This document shows positions 47,252 to 47,560 of a stretch of DNA of 47,560 nt, one piece after another. The stretch's first letter is position 1. The number at the start of each line of letters is the position of its first letter. The position numbers and the translations under genes were made by a program. The notes below the pieces were generated by a model, which saw nothing but the letters and a program-made list of their open reading frames with translations, did no database searches and was not told where the DNA came from. The stretch lies in IMG/VR virus record IMGVR_UViG_2630968533_000001; one strand, written 5' to 3'. The stretch comes from a virus (lineage: Duplodnaviria > Heunggongvirae > Uroviricota > Caudoviricetes).

Positions 47252-47550
47252 TGAGAACATTAGATGAGGCGATTGCCAGCCGTTCACCTGAAAGCCAGGC
47301 GCGAATTAAAGAAATGGCAGATGAGATGATTCTTGAGGTCGGCTTGCAGATGATGCGTGAAGAACTCCAGTTATCACAAAAACAGGTTGCTGAGGCGATG
47401 GGTATAAGCCAGCCAGCAGTAACAAAGCTGGAGCAGCGCGGAAATGATTTAAAGCTGGCGACATTAAAGCGTTACGTTGAAGCTATGGGAGGCAAATTAA
47501 GCCTGGATGTTGAGCTTCCCACAGGAAAACGAATAGCGTTTAACATCTGA
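47251..47550 (+). CDS. HTH (XRE-type) antitoxin, HigA-like
   Basis: ORF track; start overlaps toxin stop (TAATG); HTH LSQKQVAEAMGISQPAVTKLEQRGNDLKLATL. Confidence 0.7.
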   Translation: MRTLDEAIASRSPESQARIKEMADEMILEVGLQMMREELQLSQKQVAEAMGISQPAVTKLEQRGNDLKLATLKRYVEAMGGKLSLDVELPTGKRIAFNI

Positions 47551-47560
47551 TCAGAACGAA

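Noticed and set aside
1-47560. CRISPR array, integrase or attachment-site direct repeats
   Set aside because: No spacer-repeat periodicity and no tyrosine or serine recombinase-like ORF was seen; att repeats cannot be assessed without the flanking sequence.

Overview
This 47.5-kb window reads as a near-complete temperate tailed phage of an enterobacterial host that also carries plasmid-maintenance genes, so it is most likely a phage-plasmid rather than an integrated prophage. All calls rest on reading the sequence and the ORF track, with homology recalled from memory; nothing was searched or folded computationally. Left to right: an immunity and maintenance region (membrane protein/HTH pair, small ORF plus ORF6N/Rha-type antirepressor behind a structured leader, ParA/ParG-like partition operon, cI-like S24 repressor divergent from a cro-like gene); an early region of small genes (DUF1064, ASCH, Ead/Ea22-like); a lysis cassette (two holin-like proteins, GH108 endolysin, overlapping Rz/Rz1); an accessory island (tRNA with CAT anticodon, MT-A70 methyltransferase, small membrane proteins); three ParB-like genes, one fused to a SAM-methyltransferase fold; a lambda-like packaging and head module (TerS, GpA-type TerL, gpW, portal, S49 protease, decoration, gpE-like capsid); a P2/Mu-like contractile tail (sheath, tube, frameshifted chaperone, tape measure, X/D/V/W/J/I baseplate, tail fibre, Tfa); a hexapeptide acetyltransferase moron; an IncFII-type replicon (CopA-like hairpins, RepA, DnaA box); and a RelE/ParE-type toxin with HTH antitoxin. 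No integrase, att site or CRISPR array was seen. The most unusual signals are a ~115-bp promoter-leader cassette present in three near-identical copies before unrelated genes, and a 14-bp palindrome TATATAATTATATA recurring at eight intergenic sites including the partition operon.
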